A DNA stretch of 64,000 nucleotides, from assembly GCA_964016885.1 (NCBI GenBank), contig OZ024743.1, positions 176,452,001 to 176,516,000 of the forward strand, read 5' to 3'. The position numbers were made by a program, and so were the translations under genes. The DNA is from Eledone cirrhosa. Taxonomy: Eukaryota. The notes under the pieces were generated by a model. The model saw only the letters and a program-made list of their open reading frames with translations, was not told the DNA's origin and did no database searches. Shown one piece after another: positions 1-14,393 of this stretch (positions within the stretch are counted from its first letter, which is position 1; each line of letters begins with the position of its first letter).

Positions 1-194
1 TGATACAGACACTTAAGGTTGGTCAAGAAAGTGACAAGAATAGTGGACAATGAATGAGATCAAGAGGAATCTAAATGTGAATCACGGCTTAAAGATGATC
101 GACAAGTATGTGTATGGCGAGGCTTCGTTTAATGTATGATACAAGAATTTGTTAGATTCATAGTTGAGAATTCTACTACAATTGAATGCAGACG

Positions 195-248
<54 letters not shown>

Positions 249-301
249 TATAAGAGTATAAGGAACAAAGAGTCAGTGTTGCATCATAACATATTCAATT
301 A

Positions 302-390
302 CATATTACATATGTTTCATGTCGATCAGTTAGAGGAACGCTCTATTATTGATCGAACCTGACTCTGGAATCGAAAGATCCTCAGATACG
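302..390 (-). ncRNA. Type I hammerhead ribozyme candidate with long stem II
   Basis: Minus strand reads cgtat-CTGAGGA-(~60 nt including tcgatca/tgatcga stem)-GAAA-catatg-TA-atatg. Stem I cgtat/atatg; palindromic stem III. Confidence 0.55.
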
Positions 391-444
391 CCTCGGTATG
401 TAATCTCTCTCTCTCTATATATATATATAATTATATATATATAT

Positions 445-550
<106 letters not shown>

Positions 551-699
551 GTATATGAAAACATATATAAAACGTTGTTTATATAAAATAATAATATGGT
601 TAGCCTCGCTTTTGAAGAAATATGTGTTCATAAGGAAAACATTGTATTTATCTCTAATTCTCTCTATGAATATGCCACAGAGTTGCCAATATGTTCTGA

Positions 700-1004
700 G
701 AATGTCAGACTGCGCTGTTTCAAGATTTGTTAATCTTTCATGAGTAATACTCAAAACGTACTGGCATGAAATAGACTACAGTCTATATAGATTGTTGCGC
801 GATGATCATTTGCTCGAGATGATCATATGCATATAGCAAATAAAAAATATCGTCAATGATCATTGGCATATAGCGCAAGCTTGGCTGGTTTTACCTAATT
901 AGTGGTAGCCCTATGACAGCGTTTAATCATAAGAGATGTGTATATAAAACATATATAGTCTATTGCAAGCCAGTACGTTTTTTGTGAATGTCACTGATGA
1001 AAGA
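700..1004 (-). mobile_element. PLE/retrozyme-like terminal fragment with degenerate HHR and partial inverted copy
   Basis: Minus 700-752: CTCATGA-aagatt/aatctt-GAAA-cagcgcag-TC-tgacattc. The inverted copy at ~957-1004 retains gaatgtca-CTGATGA-aagat, i.e. the intact core and the matching stem I arm. Confidence 0.55.
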
Positions 1005-1732
1005 TATGTATTGATATAATTGATTAGATCCCTTTATGGTAGTGCCTCAGCATGGCTGTAGTTTAAGGGAGGTAACCACAGTTAAAAAAGGTACTCAATA
1101 CGTTGGTAGAGTATAGGCATCTTTATTATATATAGAAATGACATCTACAGGACTAGAACTGTTTAATTTGTATGAAATCATCAGGAATGTCCTATAATTT
1201 TATCATCCATTACATGAAATTTAGTTGTGGTGTTTAGGTTTTTTCGTTTGTTTACTGTAGTTGTTTTTATCTCATTTGACACTTATTTAACGAACTAATT
1301 AACCGAATTAAGTTATTTATTCTTCTGTGTGGAGTCGATTAAATGAAATGATTTTCAGTTCAGTCAATTAAGTGTGATGGTTGTTGACCTCGTTAGACAT
1401 ACACACCTGTATGTGAACATAAACTAATAAGTTAAAAGTAATTGTCATATGCATGTAAATATATTCAATCGATCCTTCATCGTTCTATCAGTTTCATACA
1501 TAAAATCAAGGCTATAGTGGCGCCACCTTAAAAACATTAGTCAATCATATCGACCCTATTATATATATATATATATATATTTAAAAAAATCATACTTATT
1601 ATATCGATGTCTGTTTGAAGGACACACACACAGGCACACACGTACAGTCACATACACGCAGACTCACACACACACACACCCACACACACCCACACACACC
1701 CACACACCCACCCACACACACACACAGACACG

Positions 1733-1830
<98 letters not shown>

Positions 1831-2004
1831 CGAGGGTCTGTGTGAAAAGTTCCTGGCTTGATCGCTGCTACAGAAGCCTGGTTGGCTGCCCAACCTTCCA
1901 AATTCTTTTGACAGGGCTTAGAAAAACTGTCAGACTGATGTAATAAGTGTGATCCTCCTGTACTTTCTTTTACCCAAAGCCAGGAACTTTCCAGGGCTCT
2001 CTCG
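1831..2004. mobile_element. Mariner-derived MITE
   Basis: TA-CGAGGG...aaagttcctggctt and aagccaggaacttt...CTCG-TA form imperfect TIRs with TA flanks. The interior resembles a mariner transposase C-terminal remnant (FF-QGLEKL--CNKC). Confidence 0.65.
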
Positions 2005-2020
2005 TATATATATATATATA

Positions 2021-2224
2021 TAGAAGTGGTTACACAACAGTTAGTTCACCATACTGAGAACAATTGTTTCACCTTAGCGGATCCTCAGTTTACGAGCTGA
2101 GGACCGCTAAGGTGAAACAATTGTTCTCGGTATGGTGAACTAACTGTTGTGCAACCACTTCTACCTAACTCGTCCCATGGGCTGAGTGCTCTACCACTAC
2201 GGATATTACCTTCCAGTGTTCTAC

Positions 2225-2230
<6 letters not shown>
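2021..2230 (+). mobile_element. Fold-back HHR-bearing insert in (AT)n; same family at 26193-26300
   Basis: Near-perfect palindrome 2021-2163. The tail actcgtcccatgg.ctgagtgctctac...ccagtgttctac is shared with 26242-26300. Confidence 0.7.
2091..2132 (+). ncRNA. Minimal type I hammerhead ribozyme
   Basis: cgag-CTGAGGA-ccgctaaggt-GAAA-caattg-TT-ctcg. Stem I cgag/ctcg; palindromic stem III caattg; weak stem II. Confidence 0.6.
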
Positions 2231-2320
<90 letters not shown>

Positions 2321-2427
2321 TATGTAGGTTCCAGAGTGGTATCTGTGGATAATCACAGTTAAAGAAGGTACTCAATATGTTGGTAGAGTATAGGCATTTT
2401 TATGAAATGACTTCTACATGACTAGAA

Positions 2428-3008
2428 ATGTTTGACGTTGTATTTGGGTCAAACACAACTTCGCTAAATGTTCTTAATCCCATTCTAAATCAAGAAACTA
2501 TTATTCCTATCGCAAATAACTTCTCCAATCCAATTCCTTCTATAGATAACACTAGGTCACTCGTTAATAATCTCTCTAATCGCAATTGCAATTGCCCTGC
2601 TAAAAATAAATGTCCTCTCAACAACCATTGTCTTGATAAAAACTTAATCTACGAATGTAAAGTTATAACTGACACCAATCCCTTCACCTATTTTGGCTCC
2701 ACTTCCACCTCCTTTAAAGCTCGTCTTTATAATCATCATTCGTCTTTTAAATACCAATTTAAAAGAACCAACATGGCTCTCTCAGAACTCATATGGTCCT
2801 TGAAAGACAAACATTTTAAATATAACATCTCTTGGAAAAAGGTTTCTTCTGCTTCTTGAACAGTTCTCTATCCAAGACTTGCAATCTCTGTCTAAATGAA
2901 AAATTTACCATTGTATCTAATTTAGATTCTATAATAAATAGACGCACTGACTTGTTTTCTCTCTGCTTGCATAAATTCCACAGAACATTCCATAAAGTAT
3001 ACATCTAA
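2428..3008 (+). pseudogene. Penelope-like element C-terminal GIY-YIG endonuclease remnant (frameshift near 2855)
   Basis: CNCPAKNKCPLNNHC linker, LIYEC...YFGST...FKARLYNH, LSELIW; then in a shifted frame KTCNLCLNEK...INRRTDLFSLCLH. Confidence 0.85.
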
Positions 3009-3445
3009 TATCCAAAACTTTATCAATTTAGAATCCTTTACTCAAAGGCACATATATATATATATATACTTCTTTAAAAATATACCCATCTTTCTACCTT
3101 ATTTCAAAGTTATTTATTATACATTATATAATACTTGTTACTCATTCTATATCACTCCTATTTATCACTTCCCTTTCTTCCTTTTCCTTTTCTTTTCTTT
3201 TTCTTTTAATTTCTAACCCCTAATCTATACCTTTTCTCACTGTGCCTAACATAGAAACAATTATTACACAATACAATATATTCTTACTTAATAGCACCTT
3301 GAAAAAATCCTTCGTAAACATAAACATTTTTTTGATGTTAGATTATTCATCCTCAATTCGTTATTTTTTTCTCACTTTCATGTTTCATCCTATCTTCTAC
3401 TGTTTTCACAATATATCCTTACTTACATTACCTTTGCTATTTTTA

Positions 3446-3620
3446 ATAATACATATCAACATTTTCTTTCCATCGCACATATTATTAAACCCTTAAATAT
3501 TATTCTTAATACATATCAACATTTTCTTTCCATCGCACATATTATTAAACTCTTAAATATTATTCTTAATACATATTAACAATTTCTTTTCATCGCACAT
3601 ATTATTAAATCCTTCAATAT
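3446..3620. repeat. 60-bp tandem repeat, about 3 copies
   Basis: taatacatatcaacattttctttccatcgcacatattattaaa recurs at 60-bp spacing. Confidence 0.9.
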
Positions 3621-3975
3621 ACAAACCTTAACTTTACATTATTTTTCTCTTCGTTAATTTTCAAATTCTTTTAATTTATACATTATATTCCAACGGTTTT
3701 TCAACATCTCTATGTAAAACAATATATTTTTCTCAGTTATAAAAGCTATCTCTCTCTCTCTACACCTATCTTTCCTCCTATCTCATCCTTCCTCATTATA
3801 CTCCTCCCCCTCCACTTTTTACTCTCATCTCCTCCTCTTTCATCCTTTCCAACCTCCGCCCCCCTCAAAAAAATGTTTTCCCCAATATCACACATCAATC
3901 TAAAACTACTTTTCATATGTTGATTTAAAACTGCACTATCCACAAGTGTTTTTTAACCTTCATATCATGTCTTCC

Positions 3976-4046
3976 TATTTTATCTGATGAAAACACAAAT
4001 GTTATTGCATGATGATATTTGTTTTTGAAATGCGCATAATAAAATA
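3976..4046 (+). ncRNA. Type I hammerhead ribozyme in probable PLE 3' terminal region
   Basis: tattttat-CTGATGA-(long stem II aaacacaaatgtta/tgatatttgtttt)-GAAA-tgcgca-TA-ataaaata. Perfect 8-bp stem I; palindromic stem III. Confidence 0.85.
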
Positions 4047-4169
4047 CATGGCACTCTTTTAACCATCTTTTGATCTTATATATTATGTATACTCCAGTCC
4101 TACAAACTGTAGAGTGCTTCTTATCCGATACCTGCATTGCTTTATTGTACTACAATAAAACTCACCTCC

Positions 4170-4243
<74 letters not shown>

Positions 4244-4580
4244 AATATATGTATATGTATATATATGAATAATATACATATATAATTATTTACAGACACA
4301 TTTATGTTATGTATAGAGAAGGAGAGAGAGTGTGTGTGTGTGTGAGTGAGAGAGAGAGAGAGTGAGAGATGTAAATCCGTGCCAAATGTATATAGTCGCA
4401 GAAAGAATAACAATCTAAGTATTAGCTTGGAAAGTTAACAGCAGTGTCTGCAGTAGCGACACAGTCCTCATGATAATGGCGGACAACGTAATGGCGAACT
4501 AGGTAATATAACTAAGTGGTTTTAGCTGGCAGCTTCCAAGAGACAGGAATTAATGAAACCTTTTTTGATATACTATTTAC

Positions 4581-4619
<39 letters not shown>

Positions 4620-4751
4620 CTTCTTCTTCTTCGCCTTCTTCTTCTTCGCCTTCTTCTTCTTCTTCTTCTTCTTCTTCTTCTTCTTCTTCTCCTCCTCCTC
4701 CTCCCCCTACTCCTCCTCCTCCTCCTCCTCCTCCTCCTCCTCCTCCTCCTC

Positions 4752-4807
<56 letters not shown>
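4581..4807. repeat. Compound trinucleotide microsatellite (GTT)n(CTT)n(CCT)n(CTA)n
   Basis: Directly visible. Confidence 0.95.
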
Positions 4808-4808
<1 letters not shown>

Positions 4809-6665
4809 ATTTTCACCAGAACCTCGATAATAATAACGACAACAACAATAATAATATTTCTAGACGTACATCCATTCCCAGCTATAATGTTAGCTGACAA
4901 ATGATAGATCACCTTTACATGCCAGCACTGGATTACCAACTGGAGAAATGATTCCATCTAATCTACATCTATCAAGTTTAATGTATATTTATACATTAAA
5001 TTCTGCCGCTCGCTCTTTCCTGTCCTATCTCACACACTCTCTCTCGCTTTATATATATATATATATATATATATGAATAAAGTGGTCCTTCATCAGTGAT
5101 CTTCCAACCATTATCGGTATTCCTTCGCTTTAAAGACCATATACCTCCGGTTGGTGCGAGCAAGGAAGGAATTCCGTACAGGTCTAACGGGAGGAAGAAG
5201 GAATCTAGTCTGTGAATTCGGTGAACATAAGTTCTGTGAAATCGTAGACGTGAGAGAGAAAAAGGCGAACCAGCCTGACCAAGCGTGTGAAAGGAAAGAA
5301 TTACGCACAGGTCAAACGGGAAGAAGGAGGAGGAGGAGAGGTAGTAACAGAGAGTGAGTGAGTGAAGGGTGAGGAAGAGGCTAATAGAGAGAGTGACTGT
5401 TAGAGAGGGTAAAGATACAGAGAAAGAGGAAGCAGTAAGAACGAAATAGACGGGTCACAGCGGGGGAAAAAATATGTGTAAATATGAGAATAAACGTGCT
5501 GCGTGGTTGCAAATGGGTTACATATGAATAAAGTGGTCCTTCATCAGTGATCTTCCGACCATCATCGGTATACCTTCACTTTAAAGACCATATATCTCCA
5601 GTTGGTGCGAGCAACGGCTAAAAAAAGTCGTTTAGCCACGTAAATAAAGGGAACAGCGAGAGTGTAAACAAACAAAGATGGTGAAGCAACGAAAAGTAGG
5701 ATGAACGAGTCATATATATGTATGTATATATGTATGTATGCATATATGTATGTATATATGTATGTATGCATATATGTATGCAAGGTATATATATATAATA
5801 CAAATAGTGAAAACAATGAAATTAAACAAAATACGGTAAAACTCATTATTTTACGATCGTAAAATAATGAGTTTTACTATGAATTACCCGTATTTTGTTT
5901 AATTTCATTGTTTTCACTATTTCTATTATTTTGACTCTGCTTCCAATGAACTATATCGTTGAAATTTTGTATTTTAAACTTTGCTTCACGACATCTTCTA
6001 CCTACGGATTACGTTGAGCTCTCCATACGGCTTGGACCCTACCATTAACTGGTGGATTTATCTGCGTGTATATATATATACATATATCTATCTATCTATA
6101 TATATATATATACTATGTAATATATATATAAACATATATTGTCTAATATCAAGTTTAGTTTCACAACAAATTAACAAGATATACTTGGGGACGCACGTTT
6201 CCCCTGACTCCAGTGGAACGCGCCTCTTGAGTATGGTTTACTAATTGACTATATAACTAACTGACTATATATATATATGTGTGTGTGTGTGTGCGTATTT
6301 ATTTGCAATGCAATCATAAAATCTGTCACATGGCATGTACCACTAATTTCGAATATCCAGATTTATCCCACATTGACTCACGCTAAATCTTCCTGAGAAT
6401 TACGCGTGTTCACATGTCAGTGAAATCGCAACCCCTTGAACATCACATTGATTTCACGAGCATGCTCTTTCGTTGCTCAAAAAACTATAACACTGTTGGG
6501 GACCCATTCCGTTCTAATGAACTAATTACTTATGCATTAACCAAAGTTATTATAACAGCAATATATAAATGTGTTGGCGTGCCGCTAGAAGGCAATAGAC
6601 TCTAGTTGAAAGGTCGCTGTACAGAGAGAAAAGGAAGGATTAATTGTAGAGATATGAAAAAGAAA

Positions 6666-6843
6666 ATAATTGTTTCTACCTTTTTGCACAAGGCCAGCAA
6701 TTAACCAGTGCATTACTGGTACTTTATTTTATCGACCCCGTAAGGATGAAAGAACTTCGGCGGGATTTGAACTCAGATCATAAAGGCCAGTAACTCTTTG
6801 CTGCAAAGCACGGCGTCCGACCCTCTACCGATACTGCCAAGCC
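6666..6843 (-). mobile_element. tRNA-derived SINE
   Basis: Reverse complement of the family at 21725: tggcagtatcggtagag A-box-like head, gagttcaaatcccgccg B box, tcatccttacggggtcgataaaataaagtaccag core. Confidence 0.85.
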
Positions 6844-7170
6844 CTATTGAAAAAGAAAATAATAGTTTTGGAGCATATCAAAAGATCAATGAATCGTTAT
6901 AAAATTCAATGCAGGGGAGGGAGGAATTGATGTGATGAATGAAATGAAGGTGGGGTTTATTTTATTAATTATATTAAATTGCTTTTGGATAAAGGAAATA
7001 AAAGAATTAATTGAATATATTATATATATATATATAAATTTTGAGTATATGTTGGTTGTTTACCGTTCCAGTTCCTCGGAAGACTAACAACAGACCCAGG
7101 AGCTGGACATATCGATGAATTGACAGAGTGGAACACATTTCAACACCATGTTTACCTGTCTTTCTACATT

Positions 7171-7237
7171 AATTCGTACTGCCTGATGAGGTCACAGCCA
7201 ATAATAGCTGTCACTGAAATATATATAGCAGAGAATT
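7171..7237 (+). ncRNA. Type I hammerhead ribozyme
   Basis: aattc..ctgc-CTGATGA-ggtcacagc/gctgtcact-GAAA-tatata-TA-gcag.gaatt. Confidence 0.75.
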
Positions 7238-7373
7238 TATAATAAACGAAGCCAAATTTAACACGTTTATATGTCTATGTGTGTGTATATATATAGGGAC
7301 TCTTTGCCCTAAGGTTAAGTTTATACCATGTTCCGATCACAATAATGGATTTACTGGTTTAACCAATATCATA

Positions 7374-7479
<106 letters not shown>

Positions 7480-7627
7480 AGAAAGTGAGGTTTTTTTACA
7501 AAATGAAAAATGAAAAATGAAAAAAAACCGAGGTGTCCTACACGAGTGAAAGTATAAAGAAAAAAAGATGAAATCGAAAATGCAACTGGAGTCTTCTTTT
7601 TAAAAAAATATCTATATTTATTTGGTT

Positions 7628-7664
7628 CCTTTACCGGTTTCGCAGTTCTTCTGCTTTTCAAAAG
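7628..7664 (-). ncRNA. HHR candidate with U3-A8 core variant
   Basis: ctt-TTGAAAA-gcag/ctgc-GAAA-ccgg-TA-aag. Stem I is only 3 bp. Confidence 0.45.
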
Positions 7665-7772
7665 TAGAGTTGAGATGGAGGGTCTGTGGTTTTTCTCACA
7701 TCGGGTTGGTCTTTGAATGTTACTTGTTTTATATGGAACAAAGTGGCTCGAAACGCCAGGTTTTTAGAGAAG

Positions 7773-7845
<73 letters not shown>

Positions 7846-8379
7846 TTTATATATATATACATATATTTATATATATATACATATATAAACATAGCTTGAT
7901 TTTAAGACCAGGAGAGACAAAACATTAAGTTATTCTAAAACTCTATATGTATTGTGTGGTGTGTGAGCGTGCAAAAGTGTTTGTGTGTGTGTGCATGAAT
8001 GTGATTCTGTAAGCGTGTAAATGAATGCATACATATCATATACCGGTGTTTGTCTATGCCTCCGAATGTATGTATGTTTATTCCTTGCACTTAATTTAAT
8101 TTCGATCTCTCTCTATATATATATAGGTTATATATCATGATAAGCCCATGTCCATCACAATGAAAGTTAAATTCACAATGCTCTATATGCGCTATGTCTC
8201 CTTAGAAATGTGTTTTTATGGTATGATATTCTCTCACGTTAGTGCTGTACATCAATTGAACTCATAAATATTTACACAATGGCAATTCCTACAATAGAAG
8301 CATTTCGCTTTGAAATTAATGGTATATACACATAAATTTAATATATTTTATCTGTGGTCTATATTTGGTTTTAGTATAG

Positions 8380-8431
<52 letters not shown>

Positions 8432-8611
8432 ATGTGTGTGTGTGTGTATGCGTACACACAGACACGCACACATGCACATTTATATACATGTACATATATA
8501 TACTTACATACATACACACACACACATACATACGTACATGCATACATGCACACATACATACATACATACATACATACATACATACATACATACATACATA
8601 CATACATACAT

Positions 8612-8968
8612 GGTGATGGCTGCCCCCTCGTTATCGAGTATGGCCATTGCACGATATACCATTATTAGTAATTATTAATGAATTCCATCGTGCAATGCCT
8701 GTGCATGAAGATTTTTTTTAAAGTGAAGAAAGACTGTGCACTGAGCCAATCCCACTCTCTGAGCGACAGTAGCTATAACCCGAAAAGAAGAAAAGATCAA
8801 CATCATCGGTAACTACTGAGCCGCAGGTTTTATGTCGGAGTTATCCCAGTTTCCTGAGTTGCCTCCTCCTAGAAGAATTCCCTGACAAAGGCTAGGGGCC
8901 CTTCACTCCCAGTTGTTTAACCGCGCGATCGGGTATCCAGCCCGACTATTTCTATGTCGCCGCGCATA
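8612..8968 (-). mobile_element. Possible RTE-related non-autonomous element in (TACA)n
   Basis: GC-richer island between (TACA)n tracts. Minus strand tctaggaggaggcaactc...aaac resembles an RTE 5' UTR motif (recalled, not searched). Confidence 0.35.
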
Positions 8969-9030
8969 TACTTAAACATACATGTGTACATGTGTACATA
9001 CATACATACATACATACATACATACATACA

Positions 9031-9062
<32 letters not shown>

Positions 9063-9346
9063 AATGAAAGCCATTCACTGTTCTCATAAATTTCTTCTAC
9101 ATTAATTGAACAGGTCATCAATTGTTCGAGAAGAAAATAAAGCGAGAGTCATTCCTTTGGATGTATATTCACTTGAGTGAATCAATATTTAAAGTCATGT
9201 TTCTGTAGAAATATCTTTGAAGTTAAACATGCCGACCACTCGTTTCTAGTAAAACTATGATATATGAATACAAATAAGGTCTGCTGTAATTTTGTATTTG
9301 CATAAATCATGAAATGGCATAACCATTTATGCATCTCTCTCACTCG

Positions 9347-9552
<206 letters not shown>

Positions 9553-9830
9553 TACATATGTTTGTGTGTATGTGTGTACTGAAGTAAACGATGGTAGTAA
9601 CTTCGAAGATTTAGTGATTACTCAACATGATTGCCGGAAGACTCATTCTAATTAGGCAGAAGTCACTGCTGTTTTCTTCTTTAAAAAAGCTAATAGTTTA
9701 CTATGTTCCAAATGGACAAACATTTCTGTTTCCAGCATATATTTTCTAGTACACAAAAACTTTCCTTAAGTATACACACACACACACACACAAACACACA
9801 AGCACACACACACTCACAGACACACATATT

Positions 9831-9919
<89 letters not shown>

Positions 9920-10127
9920 GTGTGTGTAAAAGGTAAACACAATTAACAACACAATCGGTACAGTATATGGATGGAATATATTAGTTTAACGCTTGAAATA
10001 GCAGGAAGAGGGCCGTAATGTTTCGGACGCTAATCCTTCATCAGAAAAACGAAATTGAAATTAGAAAGGTTGAATGGACTGGCAGGGCGGAATAACATGT
10101 CCATTCATATTGCCATCTCTTGGAAAA

Positions 10128-10180
<53 letters not shown>

Positions 10181-10734
10181 AGTGTAATTTTCTACACAAA
10201 ACGAAGGTTATAGAGAAAATTGAGGTTGGTAATGGCACATGGAATATATAAGAGACAGAATACTTTTTTGTGAAAAAACATATAATTTTATAAGGTAAGG
10301 AAATAATAAAGGGTATAAAAAATGACCGGTTTCGATGGGTCTGCAAAAGCCATCTTTTCAAATGTTGATTAATATTAAGAAAAATTAATAATACGAAGAG
10401 TTAAAATTTGAGATTTGAAAATTCAAGTATAAAATTCATTGTGGGATTTCACAGTAGTTTTCATCTAGGTAGCAACAACAGGTTGACTGCTGTGTCCCTT
10501 TCTGGTAGTGAATGAGAAGTTATTTGGGGTGTGGGTTATTTTATAAAGGTCAGATTTAGCAATGGCCAACTGGCCAGCTGCTGGTCAGTGAGGGGGTGGA
10601 AGCAATATACATACACATATCTTCCTGTGGTGGGTAGGAGAGTGGAGCGTGATAGAAAGGGATTTAGTGCACTTACACCTATATATACAAACATACCTTC
10701 ATCCACACATACATACATATACATATACATACAC

Positions 10735-10785
<51 letters not shown>

Positions 10786-10852
10786 CACACATACATACAC
10801 ACACACATACATATACATACACACATACACACACACACACATATATACACAT

Positions 10853-10887
<35 letters not shown>

Positions 10888-10930
10888 CGCACACACACAT
10901 ATATATACATACACATACATCCAGATACAC

Positions 10931-10975
<45 letters not shown>

Positions 10976-11014
10976 CACATATATATATATATACACACAC
11001 ACCCACACATACAT

Positions 11015-11062
<48 letters not shown>

Positions 11063-11351
11063 TTCTTTGAGTCGTTTGGAAGCCTCGACAATGCAGATGG
11101 GTAAATTTCCGGGTAACAAGATCCGGTGGTGGGGAGAGAGATGTAAGTAGATGTAGGTTGAGATGCGTAGCGTGTAGAAGACTGTAGGAAAGAGCGTAAA
11201 GGATAAAAATAAAAATAATAACACGAGATAGAGTTACCTTGGGAGAGATTTAATTGTCCCTATATATTTCGGATTCACATCCATCAACTGGGGTTTTTTC
11301 CGGGGGGGGGGGTTTCTGTCGGAAAGATGCGAAACATACATACATACTTAC

Positions 11352-11446
<95 letters not shown>

Positions 11447-11769
11447 CTTCTGGTTTTATAATTTCACAAATTTTTGCCAATAGAAAGAGAGTCGGGTTCT
11501 AACATAGGTACAAGACTCTCACATTGAAATTTACACATCATCAACTAGGTAGATATGTATGTATGCATGCGTGTGCAGGTATGCATATTATTGTATGTGT
11601 GGATGTGTATGTTTTGAGTTGTATGTGTGCATGTGCAAATGCTTTGTATCTGTACAAGTGTATATGCAGTTATTAGATTCAGAATGTTTGGAATGTTTTA
11701 CATATTTTTACTGCTCCATTAATGGTGTATGTATGTATATAGAAAGATGAATAGATATATAGAAAGACA

Positions 11770-11806
<37 letters not shown>

Positions 11807-12240
11807 GTACCATGGATTGAGTTATAAACTCAAAATAGTCTTTTACAATTAAGTACCTCATATATCCAATTATATATATATATATGTTTAAAGATAGACA
11901 GATAAATAGATAGATGTGTGGCTGTGAGTGCGATTAAAAAAAGTAGACTCACGTGACAAAGACAACGGAAAAAACAACGGGAATGGGATGAGTCCTTTCT
12001 CTTTAGTAAACATCTGGACATCATTAAAGTTTCGGATCATTAAATTGGATCCTATTTATTATTGGGACGCAACAAAACAGGGAGAAACAGGAGGAATTAT
12101 GTAAACCCTTTTTGAAACATGTATTTGCCTGTATGACAGCTAATACAAAGACTCATTTGACAAAGTACTACTATTTTTCGTACTTGTATTATTTTTAATG
12201 TCTAGAGCCCTTGCGGCTAATAAAACAAATATTTATGCTG

Positions 12241-12323
<83 letters not shown>

Positions 12324-12351
12324 GCCATTATCATTATTATCATTATTATTG

Positions 12352-12695
12352 TTCTTTGAGTCTCAGTCATTGATGTTATTTAACTGGAAAGTTTGTAGAA
12401 ATGAATATCAAGCCACTACCTGCAGCCTCGGATATTCAGGACGTATCGGAGGGTTCTTGCTGTTCCCAGCAAGCATGCCTTTTGAAGTGTTCCAAAAAGC
12501 GGGGCGGGACCAATTTTCTTTAACCATCCTTGGAAACTCTTTGAAATAGTACCTAGTGCGCCTATGACAATCGGGACTACTTTGACCTCATGGCAGTTCC
12601 AAATCCTTTTTCAGGTCTATTGTGTTCCAGTTTCTTGTCCGTCTGTATCCTAAAATCCCACAGCACCTTCATCTGATCGTTTTCTATCACCGATT
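12352..12695 (-). mobile_element. Short internally deleted 3' fragment of Dong/R4-like LINE
   Basis: Near-duplicate of 12727-13195 with a large internal deletion; flanked by (TTA)n. Confidence 0.85.
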
Positions 12696-12726
12696 ATTAT
12701 TAATATTATTATTATTATTATTATTA

Positions 12727-14135
12727 TTCTTTGAGTCTCAGTCATTGATGTTAGTTAACTGGAAAGTGTGTTGAAATGAATATCAAACCACTACCTGCAG
12801 CCTCAGATATTCAGGACGTATCGGAGGGTTCTTGCTGTTCCCAGCAAGCATCCCTTTTGAAGCGTTCCAAAAAACGTGAAGGGGCCAATTTTCTTTAACC
12901 ATCCCTGGAAACATTTTGAGATAGTGCCTAGTGCGCTTATGACAATCGGGACCACTTTGATTTCATGGCAGTTCCAAATCCTTTTTACCTCCCACTTTAA
13001 GTCCTGGTGTCGGTTAATTTTCTCCCTCTCCTTCTCTTGCACTCTCGTGTCGAATGGGCAGGCCACATCCAAAATCAGGCACGATCTTTTTTCTTTGTCC
13101 ACAATCACCAGGTCAGGTCTATTGTGTTCCAGTTTCTTGTCCGTCTGTATCCTAAAATCCCACAGCACCTTCACCTGATCGTTTTCTATCACCGACTCTG
13201 GCTTATGCTCATACCACTTCTCAGAATGTGGTAAATTGTTTACTTTGCATAGGTGCCAGTGGGTCAACCTGCCCATCACATCATGTCTCCAGCCCTTATA
13301 GTGAGTCTGGGCTAGGTGTTTACACTCAGATACAATGTGAGCCACAGTCTCCTCTCTCTCTCTCTCCACAGATCCTGCACAGTCGGCTAGCCTGCTCCTT
13401 GTAAATATGGTGTTTCAACCACTTCGTTTTGAGGGCCTGCTCTTGCGCAGCCATTAACATTCCTTCTGTAGCCTTTTTAAGGTCTCCTCTTTTCAACCAG
13501 TTCCATGTCTGTGGATCTCTGAATTCAGTTTTCTCAAAGAAGGTACTATGAAGGGATTTTTCCTGAAGGCTGCTCTTACTCCTTGTTGTTATTTCCTCCT
13601 TGGACATCCCCTGGTCTATTGTCCTCTCCTTCAGTACAGTTCTGAGCATTGGCTCCTTACTATCAGTCACGTATTTGTGTAGGTTGTTTTTCTCCATCTG
13701 AACACAGTCCTCTATGCTGATAAGACCTCTTCCACCTTCAGATCTCCTTAAGTAGAGTCTATCGACATCACTCCTCTTGTGGAACATGTTGTAGATAGTC
13801 AATAGCTTCCTATCCATTTCTTTTTGTTCAGCAACATTCCATCTTAGAATTCCCGCACTGTACCTAATAATAGACACAGCTCGGGAATTTACTGCACTTA
13901 TGGCATTCTTACTGTCAGATGTGACTTTAATACGCTCCTTACTCTCCGAATGTATTCAGATCTTATCAATTCCTTCATTTTTTTTGTTCTTGATGTCATC
14001 AGGCTCCAGAACACCCAAATACTTGTACCCTTCCTCAGTGTCAATTTCCTTTATCATCTCACCTGTTGATACCTGGATTCCGTTACTTCTGCTCAATTTA
14101 CCCCTCTTCATCACAAGGACTCCACACTTACTACA
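12727..14135 (-). mobile_element. 5'-truncated RLE-type non-LTR retrotransposon, Dong/R4-like (RT C-terminus, CCHC finger, restriction-like endonuclease)
   Basis: YKYLG; RLYLRRSEGGRGL; CRICGE..ETVAHIVSEC; RHD; RPDLVIVD..LILDVACP. Frameshift in the (GA)n at ~13360. (TAA)n on both sides. Confidence 0.9.
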
Positions 14136-14136
14136 C

Positions 14137-14178
<42 letters not shown>

Positions 14179-14393
14179 GAATGCTATGGTTGACGGAGGC
14201 TCGGCTCTGTAAGGTATTGTAAATTTTGACCGCAAAAACAATTGTAAATTGTTTAAAACTTTAAGCAACTTGTAGACAAAAACACCCTCCTCCTCGTGAG
14301 AGGGGTCTTTCTGCCCGTTATTTGGCCCTTCGGTGTTAAATAAGTGCTTATTGGGGTTTTGTGCCCAATATTTATTTTAAACAAAAAAACAAC

